From Candidatus Saccharimonadota bacterium (GTDB lineage Bacteria; Patescibacteriota; Patescibacteriia; 2-12-FULL-60-25), in the NCBI GenBank assembly GCA_016699205.1, contig CP064964.1, positions 390,001 to 422,000 of the forward strand: a stretch of 32,000 bases of DNA, read 5' to 3'. A program made the translations under genes and the position numbers. Below are positions 1 through 8,235 of this stretch, one piece after another (position 1 is the first letter of the stretch; the number at the start of each line of letters is the position of its first letter). A model generated the notes under the pieces. The model saw nothing but the letters and a program-made list of their open reading frames with translations, searched no databases and was not told the DNA's origin.

Positions 1-529
1 CATCGCCCACATCGCCCTTATGGAAAGAGATGGCTGCAGCGAGCACACGATAACCATTGCCTCCGGCGACCACCTTCCAATCCCCACTTAATTCATCCTG
101 TACAAGCGAGCCAACGAGACGCTGACGCTCGATCGGACCTTTTTGCTTAAAGAGGAAGCGGCCGTTCTCGCTGATGGTCAGACGGAGAAGATCGCCTTCT
201 ACGAGTTTGGATTTAGAAGCGTAGTTTGGTGGAACAGAATACTGGCGGCCGTCTTCACCAACCATGTGCTCGCCGTCGAATACGCCCTCGATGGAACGGC
301 CTTCAAAAGAACCAAAGGAGGTGTCATCAACCGAGGACATGATGTAGGCCTCAGGGTCGGCTGTTTCCGAGCGGCTTTCAAGCAAACGCTCCAGGTTATC
401 CAAACGAGACTTTAAATCTCGAACGACGCGCAAAGCGAGCGCAAGCTTGGTCTCGGCCCCCGATAATGCGGGAGCCTCCCCTTCTTCTATAACAGCCTCT
501 TCATCGAGGATGTCATTTTGTTCGTCCAT
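1..529 (-). CDS. hypothetical protein, N-terminal part only (ORF runs off the left edge)
   Basis: ATG at 529..527 opens a stop-free minus-strand frame to position 1 by my hand translation (MDEQNDILDEEAVIEEGEAP...LVEGDLLRLTISENGRFLFKQKG...ISFHKGDVGD). It is absent from the ORF track because no stop lies in the window. Same orientation as the ATPase gene just upstream. No family recognised. Confidence 0.55.
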   Translation of the reverse strand, partial: MDEQNDILDEEAVIEEGEAPALSGAETKLALALRVVRDLKSRLDNLERLLESRSETADPEAYIMSSVDDTSFGSFEGRSIEGVFDGEHMVGEDGRQYSVPPNYASKSKLVEGDLLRLTISENGRFLFKQKGPIERQRLVGSLVQDELSGDWKVVAGGNGYRVLAAAISFHKGDVGD

Positions 530-582
530 AGATTGTTTTTTTGTTTTTTATCGCCCACCTGTATCACCTATAGGATACCACA

Positions 583-3153
583 TTATATTTTAAAGTCATC
601 CACATCCGAGACTTCTGCCATGGCATCGCGGCGCTCAAGAATTTCTGCCTCGACCAATTCACGTTTGCGGCCAAATTTGTAACGCGAAAGTTCTTTGATC
701 ATGCGCGAGAGCTCCTTGTCTTGCGGGCGCTTAGGCATGACCGGCTTCATGTTGAAGGGGCGTGAAGCCGTGTTGTCGATCAACATCTTAATATTGCAGG
801 TGAATGCCTCGACGTTCACGAGATCGTACTCGCTGAAGACCGGTGCAAATTCTTTCGCGAGGAATTCTGCGTCTTCTACACCGATACGGAAGGCGACCAT
901 GGTACCGACGTTTCCAAAGATGGCGTCGCGGATAACGGTGTCCCCTCCTTTGCCTTCCAATTGACCAATAAACTGGTGCGCGATGATGAGGTTTAGACCG
1001 TATTTACGGGCTTCGGACAAAATGGCGGAAATGGAATCAGTGAGGAAGTTTTGGAATTCGTCGATGTAGAGATAGAAATCTTTACGCTCGGAAGCTTCCA
1101 TGTCGCCGCGAGCGAGTGCAGCCATCAAGATTTTACCGACAAGCACCATACCGATGAGGTAGGCATTAAGATCTCCAATTTTTCCCTTGGACAACTTGAG
1201 CAAAAGAATTTTTCTGCCATCCATCACATCACGCAGATTGAAGGCGCTCTTTTGTTGGCCGATAATCGGCCGCATGTAGTCGTTATAGATGAAGTGCGTC
1301 AGCTTGGAAGTAATGTACGGAACCATGTTGGCGAGCGAGGCTTCACCGCCGGCTTTGAGCGCTTCTTTTTGCCAGAAATCTTTTACGTCTTGCGACTTAC
1401 ACTTGCTCAATTTGTAGTTGCGATACTCTTCATCGGCCAGAACTTTTGGAATTTCCATCAAAGTCGATCCGGACTCGACATCTTCCATGAGCAGCAAGAT
1501 GGCGTTGCGCATGTAGAGCTCAAACATCGGGCCGCCCGTGGATTTGAGATCGTAGAGCTTGTCGAATATCTTGAGCATCTCGTTGATGACGAAGGTTTTT
1601 TGCTGCGGTTGCGTCTCATCAAACTCGAGCATGTTCAAACCCATCGGACGGGTGTAGTCGGCGGGGTCAAAGAAGATGACGTCGTCGGCGCGTTCTTTTG
1701 GAACGTATTCGAGAACTTCATCGCACAAATCTCCGTGCGGATCGATAACACAGACGCCGTGACCAGCCTCGATATCCTGCTTGATCAAAGAAGCCTGATA
1801 GACCGATTTACCGGAACCGGATTTACCAATCACATACATGTGACGGCGGCGATCCGGCTGCTTCATGCGGATCTGATAGGAATGACCGCGATACTCGGAG
1901 ACGCCAAGCTGAATACCTTCACTTGGAAGATTGGATGGCGGGAGCGCGCGGCGAGACAAGAGCCAGTTGATTTTTGGTGTTTCCGTTGATGGGAGCGGAA
2001 AATGATAGACCGTCGCCATTTCCTGCGAGTTCAAGACGACGCGCTGATTCTCGTCAAAATGGCGGTAGATGAACGACTCGACGATTTTTGCCTGCTTGCG
2101 CGGCATCTCGCTCTTGAAGCTGTTGCCGTATTCGTAAATATTGAATTGGCCGTAGGCATTCAAAATATCGTTCAGGTAGCGCTGGGCGCGTTCCGGAATC
2201 TTTCCGCAGACGACGACGCGAATGTTTACGTCCAAACCAGCATACGAGGCTTTTTCTTCCAAACCCTTTACCATCTCTTCTTCCAAAGGCGACAAACGAT
2301 AGCCTTCGTCGGGCTTTTTATCTTTGGACTTGGTTGAGCCGAGACTCGTGAGCTCCTTAGAGATCTGCTTGCCAAATGATTTTCGCTCGACATCCTTTAG
2401 CTTCTTTCCCTGCTGCATCGCGCGAGCAATACGGAGACCTTCTTGGCGCCATTCTTTTTTAGCGCTTCTCACAACGTATTGAATCGCGACTCCATCCCCT
2501 GCCTCAATCTTGGACAAGGCGTTGGTAATGGAATTCATCGAGTCGGCTTCCAGCTTGGTGTAGAGCTTGATCGGGAAATAGCTTGGGCGGCGCATCTTGA
2601 GATAGCTGCCCATGATAACGCCGTTGGGCGAGAAAATATTGTAGTCAGGAACCTCGTCGATTTGTGCATTCGGATATTGCGCGAGAATCTGCTGCTCCAT
2701 GAAATCGCGGAGCTTTTCTGGAACGGTTACAAAGAAACTGATTTTGTCGCGATGGCAGACGATTTCAAATGTGAAAAGATCGCTGCGTCCGGAGAACCAG
2801 GAACCAAAGCCGCGCTGGGCTTTCAAGGCGCCAACGGTTGAGAATACCGTTTCCATTGCGCCGATTAATTCTTGGATCTGCTGCTGCGATTTGTCTTTGC
2901 CGGCTTCATCGCCGCTTAATTCTTTTGGAACGCGGACCATCAAGACTTTTAATCCAAAGGCGACTTTAGCGCGATTGCGGCGGACATTAACGGCACGCAG
3001 GATCTGGATCAAAAGATACAAGCCAAAACAGAGACCAATGATGGCGTAGATTCCGTATGCCAAGGGGCTGGTCAGAAGAACAACAGGATCGAGCAAATCC
3101 GGCGCCTGGGCAATTGGCGTCGTGAGATCGAGCTGGAGAAGGAACAGGGGCAT
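583..3153 (-). CDS. membrane-anchored P-loop ATPase of the T4SS coupling-protein / VirB4-HerA type (TraG/VirD4-like C-terminal half)
   Basis: 856-aa ORF with an ATG start. N-terminal TM helix (LTSPLAYGIYAIIGLCFGLYLLIQIL), Walker A YVIGKSGSGKS, Walker B-like LYIDEFQNF. The RKYGLNLIIAHQFIGQL motif resembles the TraG/TraD R-x-G...Q-x-x-QL signature. Confidence 0.75.
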   Translation of the reverse strand: MPLFLLQLDLTTPIAQAPDLLDPVVLLTSPLAYGIYAIIGLCFGLYLLIQILRAVNVRRNRAKVAFGLKVLMVRVPKELSGDEAGKDKSQQQIQELIGAMETVFSTVGALKAQRGFGSWFSGRSDLFTFEIVCHRDKISFFVTVPEKLRDFMEQQILAQYPNAQIDEVPDYNIFSPNGVIMGSYLKMRRPSYFPIKLYTKLEADSMNSITNALSKIEAGDGVAIQYVVRSAKKEWRQEGLRIARAMQQGKKLKDVERKSFGKQISKELTSLGSTKSKDKKPDEGYRLSPLEEEMVKGLEEKASYAGLDVNIRVVVCGKIPERAQRYLNDILNAYGQFNIYEYGNSFKSEMPRKQAKIVESFIYRHFDENQRVVLNSQEMATVYHFPLPSTETPKINWLLSRRALPPSNLPSEGIQLGVSEYRGHSYQIRMKQPDRRRHMYVIGKSGSGKSVYQASLIKQDIEAGHGVCVIDPHGDLCDEVLEYVPKERADDVIFFDPADYTRPMGLNMLEFDETQPQQKTFVINEMLKIFDKLYDLKSTGGPMFELYMRNAILLLMEDVESGSTLMEIPKVLADEEYRNYKLSKCKSQDVKDFWQKEALKAGGEASLANMVPYITSKLTHFIYNDYMRPIIGQQKSAFNLRDVMDGRKILLLKLSKGKIGDLNAYLIGMVLVGKILMAALARGDMEASERKDFYLYIDEFQNFLTDSISAILSEARKYGLNLIIAHQFIGQLEGKGGDTVIRDAIFGNVGTMVAFRIGVEDAEFLAKEFAPVFSEYDLVNVEAFTCNIKMLIDNTASRPFNMKPVMPKRPQDKELSRMIKELSRYKFGRKRELVEAEILERRDAMAEVSDVDDFKI

Positions 3154-3162
3154 GTGTTTGTT

Positions 3163-3717
3163 TTAAACTTGGCGCTCGGCGTCTTCTTTACGGACGCGAG
3201 CCAGGGCGATGATGCGGTCGGTTTTGATTTTGGCTTCTTGTTCCAAGAAATAACGATTGATTCCAGGGATCGTGAGCAGCCAATCACGAATCAAGGAGAC
3301 AACGCGCCGCAGCTCGACTTTGAGCCCGCGCACCATGATGGTGATCTGGGTTGAAACCTCGTGGCCTTTGGAGAGAAAACGCTGGCGCGCTTCTTCTGGC
3401 ATCGTCTCAACATAATCACCGAGACCGTCTTCCAGAATTTTCTCAACCTCGACCATGACTTCATCGACAGGAGCGGCGGGTTCAGGTTCAGCCGGCGCAG
3501 CAGAGCCTGGGTCTGCCGCAACTTGGGTGGTTGGGGCGTCTTCTGCAGGCGCTTCCAAGAACTCGTCTTTGCGCTCGACGGATTGTTCAAAGGCGGCGCG
3601 GTCAGCGGCAAGCGGCGCATCTTCAAGCGCTTCTCCGGACTCGATGACGGGAGCTTCAACTGGCTCTGGCGTTATTTCCGGAGCTGTTTCATTACCCTGT
3701 AAAAACCCGTCAGACAT
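3163..3717 (-). CDS. hypothetical acidic Pro/Ala/Glu-rich protein
   Basis: 184-aa ORF with ATG at 3717. It ends 9 nt before the ATPase start. The N-terminal two thirds are low complexity (PEITPEPVEAPVIESGEALEDAP...); the C-terminal about 60 aa are basic and helical. No family recognised. Confidence 0.55.
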   Translation of the reverse strand: MSDGFLQGNETAPEITPEPVEAPVIESGEALEDAPLAADRAAFEQSVERKDEFLEAPAEDAPTTQVAADPGSAAPAEPEPAAPVDEVMVEVEKILEDGLGDYVETMPEEARQRFLSKGHEVSTQITIMVRGLKVELRRVVSLIRDWLLTIPGINRYFLEQEAKIKTDRIIALARVRKEDAERQV

Positions 3718-3757
3718 GTCAGAATTATAGCAGGTTTCAGGTTTTAGGTGTTAGGTT

Positions 3758-5143
3758 TCAGCTAGGAAGCAGATCGTATCCGCCGTCTTTGCCGTCCTCC
3801 ACAATCCAGCCTTTTACCTTGATGGCGTCGCGCAATTCATCGGACTTGCTCCAGTCTTTGGATTGGCGGGCGAGCTGGCGCTCTTCTGCGATCGCTACGA
3901 TATTTGCCGGAGCTTTTACCGGTTTTCCGATGATGTCGGCGAGACCGAGACCGAGGACTTCATCCATCGCCAAGAGGTTGGAAGCTTTTTCCTTGTCATC
4001 AGCTTTGGATTTCAACATTTCCCAGACAACGGCGAGAGCTTCTGACGTGTTCAGATCATCCGACAATGCTTTGGTAAATTTTTCTAGCCATTCGCCTTTG
4101 GTCGCCGCTTTGGCGGAAGGCAGGCGGCGGGTTTCTGCCTGTAATTTTCTCAATGCGTTCTGCGCACCTTCCATTCCCTCCCAAGTGAAATTCAATTTGG
4201 AGCGATAATGGGCGCCCAAGCAGTAGAAACGATACGCGAGCGGATCAAATCCCTTGGTAATCAGGTCGTCGAGGAGATAGGCATTGCCTTCTGACTTACC
4301 CATGCGGCCGCCATCGACCAAAAGAAATTCTCCGTGCATCCAATAATTGGCGAGCGGTTTTCCATAAGCGGCTTCCGATTGCGCGATTTCATTTTCATGA
4401 TGAACAGCGATGTGATCGACGCCGCCGCAGTGAATGTCAAAGGGTTGACCGAGTAAATCCTCGGCCATCGCGGAACACTCGATATGCCAGCCCGGGAAAC
4501 CACGGCCCCAAGGGGAATTCCATTCCATTTGGCGGACGGAATCGGCGGGAGAAAATTTCCAGAGAGCAAAATCTGTCGGGTGTTTTTTCTCGCGATTGAG
4601 CTCGATGCGTACGCCGGACTGTTTATCGCCGATTCTTTGGCCGGAAAGCTTGCCGTAGCCGTCGAATTTGGTGGTATCAAAATAAATACCGTCGCTAATG
4701 CGATAGGTGTAGCCTTTGTCTTCCAATTTTTCTACGAGCGCGATTTGTTCCTTAATGTAATCCGTTGCATGCGGGCGATCTTTGCCTGTAGGAGCCATGA
4801 CGTTCAAGCGAGACAAGTCTTTGTCGAATAGCTTCTCGTATTGCTTGGCGATTTCCCATGCGTCTCTCCCCTGCTTGGCTGCTTCTTTCTCGACTTTATC
4901 GTCTCCGGTGTCGCCATCACCAACCAAATGGCCGACATCGGTGATGTTCATGACGTGATGAACTTTGTAGCCAAGCAGAATCAAGGTGCGCTTCAAGATG
5001 TCCTCAAATACATAGGTACGGAGGTTGCCGATGGTCGCTGGGTTGTAGACAGTTGGGCCACAAGTATAGAGGCCGACGTTCTTGCCCTTGATAGGTTTGA
5101 ACTCTTCCAAAGCCCGATGCAGCGTATTCCAGAGCGTGAGCAT
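3758..5143 (-). CDS. cysS: cysteine--tRNA ligase
   Basis: Class I aaRS features: CGPTVYNPATIGNLRTY (HIGH region), KMGKSEGN (KMSKS), and the WGRGFPGWHIECSAM cysteinyl signature. The track ORF begins at TTG 5149; ATG at 5143 (MLTLWNTL...) is the more likely start. Confidence 0.95.
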   Translation of the reverse strand: MLTLWNTLHRALEEFKPIKGKNVGLYTCGPTVYNPATIGNLRTYVFEDILKRTLILLGYKVHHVMNITDVGHLVGDGDTGDDKVEKEAAKQGRDAWEIAKQYEKLFDKDLSRLNVMAPTGKDRPHATDYIKEQIALVEKLEDKGYTYRISDGIYFDTTKFDGYGKLSGQRIGDKQSGVRIELNREKKHPTDFALWKFSPADSVRQMEWNSPWGRGFPGWHIECSAMAEDLLGQPFDIHCGGVDHIAVHHENEIAQSEAAYGKPLANYWMHGEFLLVDGGRMGKSEGNAYLLDDLITKGFDPLAYRFYCLGAHYRSKLNFTWEGMEGAQNALRKLQAETRRLPSAKAATKGEWLEKFTKALSDDLNTSEALAVVWEMLKSKADDKEKASNLLAMDEVLGLGLADIIGKPVKAPANIVAIAEERQLARQSKDWSKSDELRDAIKVKGWIVEDGKDGGYDLLPS

Positions 5144-5178
5144 GCCCAAAAGAGTAGCGGAAACAGGCTATTTTGTCA

Positions 5179-5898
5179 CTAACGGACAATAAGTTCGCCA
5201 ACATGAGGACGGAACTGTTTAGCCAACATCTCTAAATGCGACGGATCTGGAGCCGCATACTCGCCAAAGAGCGGATCTAACGTAATCGCCGGCCGATAGG
5301 CTTGTAATACATAGCGCCGAGAACCACGAACTAATTCAAGGATTCCAGCTATTTCTTTTTTGCCGTGAATTTTTGGAATGATCGTCGTCCTGAATTCATA
5401 TTCAGGTGCATATGTCTTTATCAGAGCGATACTCTCCTTGATTGCTTCCGTTCTCACGCAAGCGCTCACTAATTCAGGGTAACGTTCGAGCGAGGTCTTT
5501 ACATCCATCGCAACATAGTCCAGCAAACCATCGCGAAGCAGCGGACCAAGAACTTCCGGAAGACTCCCGTTGGTATCCAGCTTCACCTGAAAGCCCCTAT
5601 CACGAATATCTTGAATAAAGTCTGGCAACCCTGCATGCAGGGTCGGTTCGCCGCCGGAGATGACGACACCGTCCAGCAATCCGCGCCGTTGATCGAGAAA
5701 TGAAAGAAAGACCTCTCCTTCAATCCAACTATCCGCCGTTTTTACCAATCGCTCCGTCAAAACAAATTCCGGATTATGACAGAATCCACATCGAAAATTA
5801 CACCCAGGAAAAAAAGCGATGCACGCTAATCGGCCCGGAAAATCGAGCTGGGTAAACGGCTGAACGCCGCTAAGCCGTATTTGCTTGTTGTTTTGCAT
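5179..5898 (-). CDS. nrdG: anaerobic ribonucleoside-triphosphate reductase activating protein (radical SAM)
   Basis: CNFRCGFCHNPE is a CxxxCxxC radical-SAM cluster motif, and GGEPTL is a SAM-binding motif. It lies directly downstream of nrdD. The track ORF extends to 6030, but that extension overlaps the nrdD glycyl-radical ORF, so ATG 5898 (MQNNKQIRLSG...) is preferred. Confidence 0.85.
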   Translation of the reverse strand: MQNNKQIRLSGVQPFTQLDFPGRLACIAFFPGCNFRCGFCHNPEFVLTERLVKTADSWIEGEVFLSFLDQRRGLLDGVVISGGEPTLHAGLPDFIQDIRDRGFQVKLDTNGSLPEVLGPLLRDGLLDYVAMDVKTSLERYPELVSACVRTEAIKESIALIKTYAPEYEFRTTIIPKIHGKKEIAGILELVRGSRRYVLQAYRPAITLDPLFGEYAAPDPSHLEMLAKQFRPHVGELIVR

Positions 5899-6067
5899 AG
5901 GCGTCTCGGAAATGGTGATTTGCCGCCACGCACTCTGTGAAGTGTTTGCGCGAGTAATGCTCGCTCTTTTTTCCCGTATTAAATTGGGAAACGGGTCGGT
6001 GATAGCCCATGACGCGGGTCCAGACTTCACAAGGGGTACGCTGTGCTTGCAAATCGGTATTGTTCAT
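5870..6067 (-). CDS. nrdD: glycyl-radical domain of class III RNR, encoded as a separate 65-aa ORF after an in-frame TAA
   Basis: TPCEVWTRVMGYHRPVSQFNTGKKSEHYSRKHF matches the conserved NrdD C-terminal glycyl-radical motif (CEV-x-x-R-x-x-GY-x-RPV...N-x-GK). It is in the same reading frame as the 720-aa ORF, 4 codons after that ORF's last sense codon (TAA plus three sense codons). Confidence 0.7.
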   Translation of the reverse strand: MNNTDLQAQRTPCEVWTRVMGYHRPVSQFNTGKKSEHYSRKHFTECVAANHHFRDAYAKQQANTA

Positions 6068-6076
6068 ATATTTTTG

Positions 6077-8191
6077 TTATTTTGTTGGTTGAATTGATTC
6101 ATACTTGCGACGCACCTCCTCGTTGAAGCGCGGTGCCTCGATGCCGAGTGCTTGATCGCAAGTCGGGCAGTAGTCCCACTCGCCTTGGAGATAACCGTGT
6201 TTGGGGCAGATAGAAAACGTTGGCGTGAGCGTGACGTACGGCATGCGATAGCGCATCAGGATGCGACGCAAGAGTTCACGGCAAGCTTCCGGGGAACTGA
6301 TGCGCTCCGAGAGATACGCATGCAGGACGGTACCGCCGGTGTATCGAGTTTGGAGATCGTCTTGAAGGTCCATTGCCTCAAATACGTCATCGGTGTAGCC
6401 GACCGGGAGCTGGGTGGAGTTGGTGTAGTACGGCGCTTCAGGCGTGCCTGCTTGGAGAATTTCGGGGAATCGTTTCTGGTCTTCTTTTGCGAATCGGTAT
6501 GTCGCCCCTTCCGCCGGCGAGGCTTCTAAGTTGTAGAGATGTCCGGTTTCTTCCTGATATTGTTTCAGTCGCGTGCGCATAAACTCGAGGACTTCTCCCG
6601 CAAACGCGAGGCCGTGCGGAGTCGCGATGTTGTCACGGTCGTCGGTCAGGTTGCGTATCGCTTCATTCACTCCGTTGATGCCGATGGTGGAGAAATGATT
6701 GCGTAACGTACCCAGGAAATGTTTGGTGTATGGGAATAATCCCCGATCCATCCACTTTTGAATTTCTTTTCGTTTGATTTCCAATGAGGTGCGGGACAAG
6801 TCCATCAGATGACCAAGTCTTTCAAAAAACTGTTCGCGATTTCCGCGTGCGAGATAGCCGAGACGTGCGGCATTGATCGTCACAACGCCGATAGAACCCG
6901 TCATCTCTGCGGACCCAAACAGACCCCCGCCTCGCTTTCGCAACTCATTCAGGTCGAGCTGGAGCCGGCAGCACATCGAGCGGACATCGCCCGGCTTCAA
7001 ATCGGAATTGATGAAGTTCTGGAAATACGGCGTACCGTATTTTGCCGTCATCTCGAACAAGGGAAGTGTTTTTGGATCGTTCCAGTCAAAATCTTTGCCA
7101 ACATTGTAGGTTGGAATCGGAAAGGTGAAGGCACGACCATGCGCATCGCCATCGGTCATCACCTCGATGAAGGCGCGGTTCAAGATGTCCATCTCGTTCT
7201 GAAGCTCGCCGTAGGTGAATTGATACGGCGTACCGCCGAGGAGGAGGCGCTTTTCTTTTAAGTCATCGGGGCAAACCCAGTCGAGGGTGATATTGGTGAA
7301 TGGCGTCTGCGTTCCCCAGCGCGAAGGCGTGTTCAAATTGAACACGAATGATTGGATATTCTGTTTCACGTACTTGGCGACGCGATCCCTCACGTATTTT
7401 TCACGCGACTCATGATCGGGAAACGAGGCGCTGCCTGCTTCAAGCTCGGCTCGCGTTTCCAACTCGTATTTTTTTACGAACGGGGCAAGAAACGTATCAA
7501 AACTTGAGAACGCCTGCGCTCCGGCCCACTCGTTCTGCAATGTACCGAGAAAGTTCACCATTTGAGCTACCGCGGAGTTCAAATGCCTTGGCGGAGCCGA
7601 TTCCGTTTTGCCTGGTACGCCGTTAAACCCCTGCTCGAGGAGCATGCGGAGACTCCAGCCGGCGCAGTAGCCGGAGAACATGTCGAGGTCGTGGATATGG
7701 ACATCGCCATTGCGATGCGCCTCTCCTGCCTCACGCGGCAGAACATGGGAAAGCCAGTAGTTGGCCGTGACTTTTCCGGCCGTATTCAAAATCAAACCGC
7801 CGAGCGAGAAGCCTTGGTTGGAGTTGGCATGTACGCGCCAGTCGCTTTTCTCCAAGTATTCGTCGATGGTTTTTCCTACTTCTACAACGACATCGCGCGT
7901 CTCACGGGACTCGCGGCGTTTTTCCCTGTAGAGAATGTAAGCTTTGGCGATATCGGCGTAGTCGTAGCGGATGAGGACACGCTCGACGACGTCTTGCGTC
8001 TGCTCGACGGATGGGATGGCGCCTCCATACGCTTCCTCGAGTTCAAACGCTACTTCTTTTGCCACCAAGGCGGATAAGCCCTCTTGCTCAGTACCGACAG
8101 CGGCCGCCGCTTTGCTGATGGCGAGGCGGATTTTCTCTGGTTCAAAATCGACGATAGCGCCGTTGCGTTTTTGTATTTTGTAAATCGGCAT
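6077..8191 (-). CDS. nrdD: anaerobic ribonucleoside-triphosphate reductase (class III), lacking its glycyl-radical tail
   Basis: ATP-cone-like N-terminus (IYKIQKRNGAIVDFEPEKI), a large catalytic core, and a C-terminal Zn-site region ICPKHGYLQGEWDYCPTCD. The track start is TTG 8239; ATG 8191 (MPIYKIQ) is preferred. It ends at TAA 6077-6079. Confidence 0.9.
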   Translation of the reverse strand: MPIYKIQKRNGAIVDFEPEKIRLAISKAAAAVGTEQEGLSALVAKEVAFELEEAYGGAIPSVEQTQDVVERVLIRYDYADIAKAYILYREKRRESRETRDVVVEVGKTIDEYLEKSDWRVHANSNQGFSLGGLILNTAGKVTANYWLSHVLPREAGEAHRNGDVHIHDLDMFSGYCAGWSLRMLLEQGFNGVPGKTESAPPRHLNSAVAQMVNFLGTLQNEWAGAQAFSSFDTFLAPFVKKYELETRAELEAGSASFPDHESREKYVRDRVAKYVKQNIQSFVFNLNTPSRWGTQTPFTNITLDWVCPDDLKEKRLLLGGTPYQFTYGELQNEMDILNRAFIEVMTDGDAHGRAFTFPIPTYNVGKDFDWNDPKTLPLFEMTAKYGTPYFQNFINSDLKPGDVRSMCCRLQLDLNELRKRGGGLFGSAEMTGSIGVVTINAARLGYLARGNREQFFERLGHLMDLSRTSLEIKRKEIQKWMDRGLFPYTKHFLGTLRNHFSTIGINGVNEAIRNLTDDRDNIATPHGLAFAGEVLEFMRTRLKQYQEETGHLYNLEASPAEGATYRFAKEDQKRFPEILQAGTPEAPYYTNSTQLPVGYTDDVFEAMDLQDDLQTRYTGGTVLHAYLSERISSPEACRELLRRILMRYRMPYVTLTPTFSICPKHGYLQGEWDYCPTCDQALGIEAPRFNEEVRRKYESIQPTK

Positions 8192-8193
8192 AA

Positions 8194-8215
8194 GGTACGG
8201 ATGAGGCTCCGTACC
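8194..8215 (-). promoter_or_regulatory. 8-bp perfect inverted repeat (GGTACGGA-N6-TCCGTACC) abutting the nrdD start codon
   Basis: Read directly from the sequence at 8194-8201 and 8208-8215. It sits 2 nt upstream of ATG 8191 and 20 nt downstream of the sigma-gene stop. It could act as a terminator or attenuator, or occlude the RBS. Confidence 0.3.
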
Positions 8216-8235
8216 AGTACAAACACCGCAGACCG

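Noticed and set aside
545-582. Imperfect palindrome GTATCACCTATAGGATAC between the ATPase gene and the downstream partial gene, considered as a possible terminator.
   Set aside because: The stem is AT-rich with a bulge and is not followed by a U-tract on the transcribed strand. The two genes are probably co-transcribed.
5899-6030. N-terminal extension of nrdG to 283 aa, as drawn in the ORF track.
   Set aside because: The extension overlaps the conserved nrdD glycyl-radical ORF in another frame and adds non-homologous sequence before the typical NrdG N-terminus. ATG 5898 fits better.
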